The position numbers and the translations under genes are program-made. Below, in pieces: positions 1-7,977 of a DNA stretch of 63,398 bases. The stretch covers positions 1 through 63,398 of the forward strand of contig JACPIH010000002.1 of assembly GCA_016188155.1 (NCBI GenBank), written 5' to 3'. This DNA comes from Candidatus Woesearchaeota archaeon. Lineage in GTDB: Archaea > Nanobdellota > Nanobdellia > Woesearchaeales > UBA10216. Below the pieces are notes generated by a model, which was not told the origin of the DNA, searched no databases, and saw nothing but the letters and a program-made list of their open reading frames with translations. The stretch's first letter is position 1; every line of letters starts with the position of its first letter.

Positions 1-1131
1 AAAGACATGCTAGCAGAAATGAGGAAATATTATAATGGCAAGATTGGCATTGGTGTTGTTGGTTCTTGGCGTGACTGTGACTATAATTTTAAAGAATATG
101 ACTATCTCACTTTCAGCGCTTACCCATCAAGATCCAGAGGGATAGATCCGTGGCTCACTCCAAACTTGAATGTTCCAGCTAACAGCGATGATGCTTTTAA
201 TCTAGCATTCCTCACAAGCTGGGCTAGAAAAGTAGCAGACAGGAGCGGAATTCAAACTTTGCACATAGGCGAAACAGGCGTACTCAACCCAACCGATCTC
301 AAAAGAGCAGATGCATCATCATATGCAGAAGGGGATAAGCAAAAAGAAGCTGAATTCTATCAAAAATTATTTGAACAAACAGCAGACAAAGTTAATGGAA
401 TTTCAGTATTCTACAATAGTTTAAATAATTATTTTAGTATTAATAGTGATCCAGCGGAAGAAGTTGTAAAAGAATGGTACAATAAACTTGGACCCGGTAT
501 AGAAAGCAAAGAAGAAACAACAAAATTAATTATAGCAAATCCACTTGACCTTTCACAAATAGCTCGCATTTCAAAATTCCGCAGCTGTTATGGCCACGAT
601 TATAGCGGATTAAACATCGAAGGAGAAAATGAAACATTAAGGTCTATGAAGCATTATATTGAATTTTCCTCGAAATTCCTCGGCTCTAAAAATGCAGTTA
701 AAGTTTTCGCCCCTTTTGAAGGAAAGATTGCAGAAATCCTGGAAGCTGGTGGTAAACAAATATTCATTTCTGCTGATAAAGATCCACAATGGAATTTTAT
801 TTTTTTCCATATAACCATTGAGCCAGACATCAAAGTGGGCACGGCTGTGAAAGCGGGTCAGCTGGTTGGTCATGCCTATGTGCGTGAATGGCCCAATTTT
901 GACTTTGCCTTAAAAGAGTTTAGTAGAACAGGGGAGACTTTTGAATCACCATTCCTCCACATGCAGGACTCTATCCTTGACGAATATGCTTCTTATGGCG
1001 TTACGCCAGAGAACATTATTGTTACTAGACAATTTAGGGATATCCATCCTTGCCCTATCAAAGGAGCTATAGATGGTGAAGAGGCTTTCACCGGAGAAAC
1101 TGAAAAGGAGGATTTTGTTGTCCTAAAATGA
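1..1131 (+). CDS. 5'-truncated protein: C-terminal part of a clan GH-A-like glycoside hydrolase TIM barrel fused to a peptidase M23-like (barrel-sandwich hybrid) domain
   Basis: Frame is open from base 1 (first ATG at 7). RKYYNGKIG..W..F..YDYLTFSAYP and LHIGETG resemble GH113/GH53-type barrels. VFAPFEGKIAEI..FFHITIEPDIKVGTAVKAGQLVG resembles the M23/hybrid fold. Visibly AT-richer than its neighbours. Confidence 0.5.
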   Translation, partial: KDMLAEMRKYYNGKIGIGVVGSWRDCDYNFKEYDYLTFSAYPSRSRGIDPWLTPNLNVPANSDDAFNLAFLTSWARKVADRSGIQTLHIGETGVLNPTDLKRADASSYAEGDKQKEAEFYQKLFEQTADKVNGISVFYNSLNNYFSINSDPAEEVVKEWYNKLGPGIESKEETTKLIIANPLDLSQIARISKFRSCYGHDYSGLNIEGENETLRSMKHYIEFSSKFLGSKNAVKVFAPFEGKIAEILEAGGKQIFISADKDPQWNFIFFHITIEPDIKVGTAVKAGQLVGHAYVREWPNFDFALKEFSRTGETFESPFLHMQDSILDEYASYGVTPENIIVTRQFRDIHPCPIKGAIDGEEAFTGETEKEDFVVLK

Positions 1132-1216
1132 CGGGTTTAATTTTATCAAGATAGGCGGGTTTTCGAATTACATTTAACTATAATTATGTAGCATTGTCTG
1201 CCGGGCTGCTGCGAAG

Positions 1217-1518
1217 GTGCAAATCAGTTACGCCGATTGCACAGGTCGGCAGTGGCCGACCGTGCAATCCTGCCGATGCAGGATTTGCACACAGCATCGG
1301 CAACAGCCGATGCGTATAGGCGGCGTAACCGCCTATATTCCGCATAGCGGAATTGTGTCCAGTGGCTTCTGAAGGCGTTTTTGCGGCTTCTTGTGAATAA
1401 AATGCTGAAAAACTTGCGGCTGACGTTAAAAGAATTTCGGAATTTTAGTGGCACTGGTCACTGGACAATACCACGTAGGGTATTTAAGCCAGAAGGCTGC
1501 ATAAACCGGTTATGCAGC
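1217..1518. repeat. Intergenic array of perfect GC-rich hairpins (composite palindromic repeat element)
   Basis: Stems at 1235-1269 (15 bp, one bulge), 1294-1313 (8 bp), 1315-1337 (9 bp), 1337-1353 (7 bp) and 1496-1518 (9 bp). Long-range pairings 1217-1225/1282-1290 and 1356-1364/1459-1467. Confidence 0.85.
1354..1421. repeat. ~68-bp dispersed direct repeat, copy 1
   Basis: tgtgtccagtggcttctgaaggcgtttttg... aligns with 6799-6866 tgtgtcaagtggcttcttcaggcgtttttg... Confidence 0.75.
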
Positions 1519-1554
1519 GGGTTATGGTCTTAGTGGCGCATGTAAACCATCACA

Positions 1555-1596
1555 TTTAAATACTAAAGCGTATTTTTGCGTATTTATGGGTACGCA
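1555..1596 (+). promoter_or_regulatory. TATA box and probable RHH operator of the mazF-type TA operon
   Basis: TTTAAATA at 1555-1562. GCGTATTT is repeated at 1568-1575 and 1578-1585 (10-bp spacing), with an inverted TACGCA at 1591-1596 just inside the antitoxin CDS. Confidence 0.55.
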
Positions 1597-1828
1597 GATA
1601 AGCTTGAAGCTGTCGGAGAAAATGCTGGTCATAGCAAAGAGGTATGCAAGAAGGCAGGGATACGATAACCTGCAGGACTTCATCAGGGAAATGCTAAGGG
1701 AGAAGCTATTTGACAGGGAAAATATCAGCGGGCTTAACACTTACAGAGCAAGCGAGGCATCACTTGCCAGAAACTGGCTGAGAAAAGAAGAGGACGAGGC
1801 ATGGGAACACTTACAAAGGGAGATGTAG
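1586..1828 (+). CDS. Ribbon-helix-helix (CopG-like) antitoxin
   Basis: 80 aa. N-terminal beta strand QISLKL followed by helices (..GYDNLQDFIREMLREKL). Acidic WLRKEEDEAWEHL tail. Overlaps the downstream toxin gene by 28 nt. Confidence 0.8.
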   Translation: MGTQISLKLSEKMLVIAKRYARRQGYDNLQDFIREMLREKLFDRENISGLNTYRASEASLARNWLRKEEDEAWEHLQREM

Positions 1829-2136
1829 TACTTTTCCCTTTTCCTTACACTGACTTGAGCGACAGAAAGCTCCGCCCCTGCCTGGTGCTCTCAGAGGAGA
1901 TGAGTGACGATATAATTCTGTGCCAGATTACCTCGCAGCGGCTGCGAAAGGATGAGTATTCTGTTGACCTGAAACCGGCAGATACGACAGATGGAACCAT
2001 AATGATTGACAGCTACGTCAGGGCAAACATGATATTCACCGCAGCCAAAGCGCAGATACGCAGGAAGCTGTGCAAAGTCAAAGATGATAAATATAAGCAG
2101 GTCACAAACATCATTACAAAAATAATTGCAAAATAG
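1801..2136 (+). CDS. mazF: PemK/MazF family type II toxin (endoribonuclease)
   Basis: KGDVVLFPFPYTDLSDRKLRPCLVLS...LCQITS is the typical PemK/MazF signature. 111 aa, directly downstream of an RHH gene. Confidence 0.9.
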   Translation: MGTLTKGDVVLFPFPYTDLSDRKLRPCLVLSEEMSDDIILCQITSQRLRKDEYSVDLKPADTTDGTIMIDSYVRANMIFTAAKAQIRRKLCKVKDDKYKQVTNIITKIIAK

Positions 2137-2204
2137 CTGCGAACTTCTCGACTTATCATGCAAGGCAATACCTATTTAAATGCCTGTAGCATGCTGCTTT
2201 CTGA

Positions 2205-3446
2205 ATGAGGGAGCTTTTGATAGTTGGGGTGGATCCTGGAACAACCGTAGGGTATGCTGCGCTTGACACCCACGGGAGAGTGCTGAAAACAAGGTCGTCA
2301 AAGCAGCTGGAGCTGAACAGCCTTCTTGAGGAAATTGTAAAGCTGGGAAGCATCCTTGCCATAGGAACAGACAAAGGAAAATGCCCATCGCTCATAGGGA
2401 AAGCCGCAGCAAAAACAGGAGCCAAGATAATTGTTCCAAAGGAAGACCTGCTCGTGGCTGAGAAAGACGCCCTCACAAAAGGCCGCATGTCAGGCAACGG
2501 GCACGAGAGGGATGCGCTGGCAGCAGCGCTTTACGCCTACAAGGAGCTTGAGCCGCTCCTGAACAGGATAGAAAAGGCCCTCGAAAGGGAAGGCAAGCAG
2601 GACATCTTCAGGGAAGTGACCGAAATAGTTGTGGCAACAGGAACAAACATAAAAGACGCAATAAGAGATGCTGATGGGAAAAGGAAAGAAGAGGCTGAGG
2701 TGCTTGAAAGGAGCTTAATAACCGCTGCGACTGCCGCAGCTGCCACTGACGCTTCTGAATTGAAAGAAAAAACATCACAGGAGAAAATGCAGGAAATGCT
2801 GCTGAAAAGGATGAAAAACGAAAACGAGATACTAAGGAACTACAACGACAAGCTGATAGCAAGGATAAAACTGGCAGGCAAAGAACTAAAAAAGGCAGCC
2901 AAAGCCAAGCTAAGGGAAAGCGCTGCAACTACTGATCTGAGAAAGCAGGAAATAGAAACACGGCACAGGCAGCTCCTTGCAAAGATGCAAGGCATCATAA
3001 ACCAGAAAAACACCAAGCTGGCAGGGCTCATGCACGAAAAAGAGCTTCTGGAAAGGATTCTGGCAGCAGAGGTTGTCGTGATAAAGAAGCTGGACACTTT
3101 AGGGTATGATGAGCTAAGACAGAAAAACAGCAGGCTTGGCCTGAAGGAAAATGACACAGTGCTTGTTGAAAACCCTGAAAGCTTCAGCCAGAAAACCCTT
3201 GAACAGCTGCAGCACAAAAACATCACAGTCATAGCAAGAAACAAGATAAACAGCACTGTTGCAAAAACGCTCCACGACTACGGGATTACAGCAGTTCCAG
3301 CTGCAGGGATACAGCTCATCGAATCAGAAAACTTTGCCGCCGCAGACAAAGAACAGCTTGAAAGGGCAAAAGAAAGACACGCTGACAAAAACATTGCCGG
3401 GCTGATAGAAAGCTACAGGGAAGAGAGGAAGATGCAATATGATTAG
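2205..3446 (+). CDS. DUF460 / COG2433-type protein (RNase H-like N-terminal domain plus coiled coil)
   Basis: LIVGVDPGTTVGYAALD N-terminus, HERDALAAA motif and a long K/E-rich coiled-coil region. Confidence 0.8.
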   Translation: MRELLIVGVDPGTTVGYAALDTHGRVLKTRSSKQLELNSLLEEIVKLGSILAIGTDKGKCPSLIGKAAAKTGAKIIVPKEDLLVAEKDALTKGRMSGNGHERDALAAALYAYKELEPLLNRIEKALEREGKQDIFREVTEIVVATGTNIKDAIRDADGKRKEEAEVLERSLITAATAAAATDASELKEKTSQEKMQEMLLKRMKNENEILRNYNDKLIARIKLAGKELKKAAKAKLRESAATTDLRKQEIETRHRQLLAKMQGIINQKNTKLAGLMHEKELLERILAAEVVVIKKLDTLGYDELRQKNSRLGLKENDTVLVENPESFSQKTLEQLQHKNITVIARNKINSTVAKTLHDYGITAVPAAGIQLIESENFAAADKEQLERAKERHADKNIAGLIESYREERKMQYD

Positions 3447-4458
3447 CAACGAACTGAAAAAGGCGCTGCTCTCAAACGGCTCCTTCACGGACATAATAGG
3501 CCAGGGCACAACGAAAGAACAACTCAAGTCAGCGCTGCTGTCAGAGAGAAACGTCATAATCATAGGGCCGCCAGGGATAGGAAAAACAACCCTTGCCAAA
3601 AACGTTGCAAAGCTGCTGCCGGACATGACAGTAAACGACTGCGGCTTCAACTGCCTCCCTGAAAAGCCCGTGTGCCAGCAGTGCAAATCCGGAGCCAAAA
3701 CAGCAAAGAAGAAAAGCAAAGGCTCGGAGCGGTTCATAAGGGTGCAGGGCAGCCCTGACTTAACAGCAGAGGACCTGCTCGGAGACATAGACCCGATAAA
3801 GGCGCTGAAGTTCGGGCCCACATCGCTGGAGGCGTTCTCGCCAGGCAAGGTATTCCGGGCAAACAACGGAGTCCTGTTCTTCGACGAGCTAAACAGGTGC
3901 CCGCAGAGGCTGCAGAATGCGCTGCTGCAGGTCCTGGAAGAAAAAAAGGCAACACTTGGCAGCTACAAGGTTGACCTTGATGCGGATTTCATATTCATAG
4001 GAACGCTAAACCCGTATGACACAAGCACAGAAAAGCTCTCCGACGTGTTTCTGGACAGGTTTGACCTTATCTACATGACTTACCCTGAGAATCACGAAAC
4101 AGAAAAAAAGATAGTCATTGAGAAAGGCAGAATTATTGAGCCGGTTGAATTCCCGCAGCAGCTCCTTGACTTCACCATAAGCTTTGTGCGGCAGCTGAGG
4201 GAAAGCAAAAAACTGGAGAAGCTGCCAAGCGTAAGGGCAACACTAGGGCTTTACGAAAGGGCACAGGCAAACGCCCTGCTCAGAAAACACAAACAAGTGC
4301 AGCAGGAGGATGTCAAGGACGCGATAATGTCAGTCCTTGCCCACAGGATAGGGCTGAAGCCCTCTGCGAGATATGCGATGAGCCCGGAAGAATTCATAAA
4401 GGAAGAGCTGGAAGACTTCTCGCAAGACCATAAAATGCTACAGGGTGATGGCCGGTAG
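3439..4458 (+). CDS. ChlI/MoxR-like AAA+ ATPase (chelatase subunit I-like)
   Basis: Walker A GPPGIGKT, Walker B LFFDELNR, sensor GTLNP, LDRF arginine finger and a CGFNC-x6-CQQC cysteine insert. Confidence 0.88.
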   Translation: MISNELKKALLSNGSFTDIIGQGTTKEQLKSALLSERNVIIIGPPGIGKTTLAKNVAKLLPDMTVNDCGFNCLPEKPVCQQCKSGAKTAKKKSKGSERFIRVQGSPDLTAEDLLGDIDPIKALKFGPTSLEAFSPGKVFRANNGVLFFDELNRCPQRLQNALLQVLEEKKATLGSYKVDLDADFIFIGTLNPYDTSTEKLSDVFLDRFDLIYMTYPENHETEKKIVIEKGRIIEPVEFPQQLLDFTISFVRQLRESKKLEKLPSVRATLGLYERAQANALLRKHKQVQQEDVKDAIMSVLAHRIGLKPSARYAMSPEEFIKEELEDFSQDHKMLQGDGR

Positions 4459-5635
4459 CTTAGATAACCGACCAAAAGAATTCTCACTGATAGACGAGCT
4501 GTCTGGAAAGCTGAAATCAGACCCTGAAGAAAAGCGGCTGATGAAAACAATCCTTGAAGACGACAAGGGAGCAACAGACGACGCCCACCTCATACTCGAA
4601 GCCATAAACCAGGGAATAGGGGCACTGACACCTGAGCTTATGCTTGAGCAGATAGTAAAAAACTACAAGCTAACAAAACAGCTCACCGGCGAGACCATCA
4701 TAAGAGCGCTAACCGGGTATGAGCCTGAGCAGATTGAAAGAAACCTCAACATTCCAGAGTTCAGGCAGGAGCTCAGAGAAAGGATAAGGCAAAAGCTGGA
4801 CCAGCTGCAGAAGCACAAGCTCATAGACACGCAGTACCAGCTCACAGACAAGGCACTAAAGCTCGCAGCGCTCATAATATTCACAGAAGAAATCGACAGC
4901 CTGGCAGCAAAAGGCTACGGCGAAAAACACAGGAAAAGAATCACGAGAACAGGAGAAACCGAAGAGACAAAGCCATACACCCGCGAAAGGTACAGGGACA
5001 TAGCAATAAGGAAAACGATAAAAAAAGCCGCAAAAAGAGGCCACACGGCTGTACAGATGGAAGACCTTGAAAGCCTTGAGCGCGAGTCAAAAGGCAGGAA
5101 CACGATAATCTACGCCCTCGACGCGTCAGGAAGCATGAAAGGAAAAAAGCTCGAGCAGTGCAAAAAAGCAGGAGTAGCGCTGGCATACAAGGCAATCGAA
5201 GGCAACGACCTAGTAGGCGTAGTGGTGTTTGGGAAGCAGGTAAGGGCAGAGGTAAACCCGACAAAGGACTTCAGCCACCTGCTGCACGAAATAGCCAGGA
5301 TAAAAGCCCTTGAGCAGACAGACATAGCAGCAACCATACGGAAAGCTGCAGAGATGCTGGAAAGGGAGAAAGCAGAGTCAAAAAAACACCTAACGTTGAT
5401 AACGGACATAATGCCGACAGCGGGGCAGGAGCCGGAAAAGGAAACGCTTGAAGCCGTATCGAAGATAGCATCAGAAGGTGTAACAGTATCGGTAATAGGC
5501 ATAAGCCCCGACGAGGAAGGCAGGAAGCTTGCGGAGAAAATTGTCGAGATAGGAAAAGGAAGGTTCCTGGTTGCGAAGAGCATTGAGGACGTTGACGTGC
5601 TGGTTCTGGAAGATTATTATGCAACAATAGCGTAA
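4445..5635 (+). CDS. VWA domain protein (ChlD-like partner of the AAA+ ATPase)
   Basis: MIDAS motif YALDASGSM, plus TDIAA and LITD. Overlaps the ATPase stop by 14 nt. Confidence 0.88.
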   Translation: MMAGSLDNRPKEFSLIDELSGKLKSDPEEKRLMKTILEDDKGATDDAHLILEAINQGIGALTPELMLEQIVKNYKLTKQLTGETIIRALTGYEPEQIERNLNIPEFRQELRERIRQKLDQLQKHKLIDTQYQLTDKALKLAALIIFTEEIDSLAAKGYGEKHRKRITRTGETEETKPYTRERYRDIAIRKTIKKAAKRGHTAVQMEDLESLERESKGRNTIIYALDASGSMKGKKLEQCKKAGVALAYKAIEGNDLVGVVVFGKQVRAEVNPTKDFSHLLHEIARIKALEQTDIAATIRKAAEMLEREKAESKKHLTLITDIMPTAGQEPEKETLEAVSKIASEGVTVSVIGISPDEEGRKLAEKIVEIGKGRFLVAKSIEDVDVLVLEDYYATIA

Positions 5636-5669
5636 AGTTTTAAATAGCGCCTCAACTGCAGCAACAACG

Positions 5670-6317
5670 ATGAAAAAACGCAAAATAAAAGCAGTTGCCA
5701 AACGAAAAATTCGAATCTTGGCATTCAGCGACCTGCACGGCAGCGAAAAGGCGCTGGGAATAGTTGCAAAAAAGGCAAAAAGAGCTGATGTCGTTGTTTG
5801 CGCTGGCGACTTCACGGTTTTTGAACACAACATACTGCGGATAATGCGAAAGATTGACTCAATTGGCAAGCCGGTTATGCTTGTGCACGGCAACCACGAG
5901 GACCAAATGCTCGTTGCAGAGATATGCAGGACGCTCAAAAACGTTAAGCAGATACACCGAAGAGTTTACGGCAACAATGAATTTCCGAATTATGTTTTCA
6001 TTGGCCACGGCGGGGAAGGATTTGACACTGTAAGCGAGGACTTTGAAAGGTTTGCAAGAGGAATTTCGTTCCGGCTGCAGCAGCTGCGAAAAAAAAAAAA
6101 AAAAATAATATTCATCACACATCAGCCCCCTCACGGCACAAAGCTGGACTACATCTGGAGCCATCACGGCAACAAGAGCTACACGAGGTTTATCAGAAAA
6201 GCGCAGCCGCTGCTGCATGTTTGCGGTCATTTGCACGAGACGCAGGGCAAGAAAGACAGGATTGGAAAGACGCTGATTATCAATCCGGGGCCGAAGGGGC
6301 AGATTGTTGAGGTTTGA
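5670..6317 (+). CDS. Calcineurin-like metallophosphoesterase (Icc/COG2129-like)
   Basis: SDLHG, AGDFT, HGNHE, ITHQPP and CGHLHE motifs. Confidence 0.9.
   Translation: MKKRKIKAVAKRKIRILAFSDLHGSEKALGIVAKKAKRADVVVCAGDFTVFEHNILRIMRKIDSIGKPVMLVHGNHEDQMLVAEICRTLKNVKQIHRRVYGNNEFPNYVFIGHGGEGFDTVSEDFERFARGISFRLQQLRKKKKKIIFITHQPPHGTKLDYIWSHHGNKSYTRFIRKAQPLLHVCGHLHETQGKKDRIGKTLIINPGPKGQIVEV
6089..6105 (+). repeat. A17 homopolymer within the metallophosphoesterase CDS
   Basis: 17 consecutive A, read in frame as R-KKKKK-I. Confidence 0.95.
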
Positions 6318-6323
6318 AATCTG

Positions 6324-6788
6324 ATGAATGAATACGAAAAGAAACTAAAGAAGTTTTTACAAGAAAACAATGTAAAAGGCGAGCATCTGCATTTTGAGAA
6401 CTCTGTGCATACCGTTGAGGATGCGTGCAGAGAAGTAAATGCTCAACCTGACGATTTTGTTAAAACTATCTGCATGATTGCTAACGATGGAAAAGTTATC
6501 GGTGCGCTTGTGTTGGGTTCGCATAGGGCTAGCACAGAAAGAGTGGCTAGTGTATTAAAGATAGAAAGACCGCATGTTGCCACACCGGAACAGGCTTTGA
6601 AGAAAACAGGATACCTTGTAGGCGGCACACCTCCATTCGGGTATGAGGCAACATTCCTAATTGACCCAAAAGTCATGGAGAAAGATATTGTGTACGTAGG
6701 TGGAGGAACTCCTAACGCCCTTGTGAAGATCAGCCCAGAAGAAGTACAGAGAATCGATCACGGCATAATTGCAAGGATTAGTAAATAA
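6324..6788 (+). CDS. ybaK: YbaK/EbsC family aminoacyl-tRNA deacylase (trans-editing)
   Basis: FVKTI, KTGYLVGGTPPFG and VYVGGG motifs. 154 aa. Confidence 0.88.
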   Translation: MNEYEKKLKKFLQENNVKGEHLHFENSVHTVEDACREVNAQPDDFVKTICMIANDGKVIGALVLGSHRASTERVASVLKIERPHVATPEQALKKTGYLVGGTPPFGYEATFLIDPKVMEKDIVYVGGGTPNALVKISPEEVQRIDHGIIARISK

Positions 6789-6798
6789 CCTTTTGGCC

Positions 6799-6866
6799 TG
6801 TGTCAAGTGGCTTCTTCAGGCGTTTTTGTTGGCTGCTGTGAGTGAAACGTTGAAATTCTTCCGGTT
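6799..6866. repeat. ~68-bp dispersed direct repeat, copy 2
   Basis: Homologous to 1354-1421. Lies between the converging ybaK and fic genes. Confidence 0.75.
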
Positions 6867-6906
6867 ATGGCTGGAAAAAAAATATCGTATGGGCACAATT
6901 TGAGGA

Positions 6907-7845
6907 TTATTGTTTTTTGCTGTGCCCGTAACTTCTTATTTGATCTATAATCAACCGCAGCATCCTGGAGACATATTCCTTATAATTGCCCTTATCAGCA
7001 AAATCCAATGATTGATAATATTCTTCTCTTTTCTCAAAAGGGATAAAGAACATAGGGAATCCTTTTCTCATCAGGATAAAATTCATAAGTGTTCTCGCAG
7101 TTCTGCCATTTCCATCTTCAAAGGGGTGTATCCAAGTTAATTTTGCATGAGCCAAAGCAGCTAATTCAAAGGGGTGCAGCTTATTTTTATTTGCACTATA
7201 CCACTTAAAGAAGTTAAGCATGTGTTTCTTGACTTCAGTATGCGGCGGTGGAACATGAGTTGAGCCCTGTATCTGCACATCAAAGAAGCGCATTCTTCCA
7301 CCATAAACCACGCCAGTATTTTTAGTAAGGATTCCATTTACTTTTTCAAGAAATTTAGTGTTTAATTCGCCTTTATACGATTTTATGTAATCTAAGCATT
7401 CTTTGCCGTTTATTGCCTCATTATAGTCCTCTGCCCTCACTCCAGAAGGGATAACTTTATCTTTTAGGATAAGGGCAGTTTGCCTTAATGTCAGCCTATT
7501 GCCTTCAATTGCGTTAGAATGATAGGTAAACCTAATTACAAAATCTTCATTCAGCTTTTCTTTAACACTTTTGGGAATCTGCTTAAGCCATGTGCTGTAA
7601 CTTCCTTTTAAATCCTGCAAAGTTTCTGCGTCATGCTCTGACAGGCAAGCGTAGTTTGATAATTTCAAGAATGGCTTTGCTTTATCTTCTATTTCTTTAG
7701 CATGTTTTTTTAGTTCTTCCTTTGAAGGTTTTTTATCTCCCAAGAAAATCCTGATTTTTTTCCATTTGTTTAAGCTGAGCCTTACATTTTTGGTAAAGTA
7801 GTAATATTCCTTATTATTCCGTTTTATTGTTTCTATGTAGGCCAT
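6907..7845 (-). CDS. Fic family protein (class II, internally autoinhibited AMPylase)
   Basis: Canonical HPFEDGNGRTAR motif, with the inhibitory SNAIEG [(S/T)xxxE(G/N)] motif N-terminal to it. Start placed at ATG 7845, about 23 nt below a TATA box (ORF track starts at 7863). Confidence 0.9.
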   Translation of the reverse strand: MAYIETIKRNNKEYYYFTKNVRLSLNKWKKIRIFLGDKKPSKEELKKHAKEIEDKAKPFLKLSNYACLSEHDAETLQDLKGSYSTWLKQIPKSVKEKLNEDFVIRFTYHSNAIEGNRLTLRQTALILKDKVIPSGVRAEDYNEAINGKECLDYIKSYKGELNTKFLEKVNGILTKNTGVVYGGRMRFFDVQIQGSTHVPPPHTEVKKHMLNFFKWYSANKNKLHPFELAALAHAKLTWIHPFEDGNGRTARTLMNFILMRKGFPMFFIPFEKREEYYQSLDFADKGNYKEYVSRMLRLIIDQIRSYGHSKKQ

Positions 7846-7854
7846 ACCATATTG

Positions 7855-7898
7855 TATGTGCACATAATATATAAATGTTTCGGTTATTTGTGCACATA
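7855..7898 (-). promoter_or_regulatory. fic promoter: TATA box flanked by two TGTGCACA palindromes
   Basis: TTTATATA on the minus strand at 7868-7875. Perfect palindrome TATGTGCACATA at 7855-7866 and a second TGTGCACATA at 7889-7898. Confidence 0.6.
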
Positions 7899-7977
7899 CA
7901 AATTTAGGCAGGCAAAGGTAAGTCTACACTCTCTAAGCAAAAGTTCTGGATGATTAAGAAGCCTAAATGGAAAAAGC

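Noticed and set aside
1224-1454. 76-aa minus-strand ORF across the hairpin array
   Set aside because: GTG start and no recognisable family. The homologous DNA at 6799-6866 has a stop in this frame, so the reading frame is not conserved.
3439-5635. Calling the AAA+/VWA pair a true magnesium chelatase (chlI/chlD)
   Set aside because: No catalytic H subunit or tetrapyrrole genes are nearby; only family-level similarity is supported.
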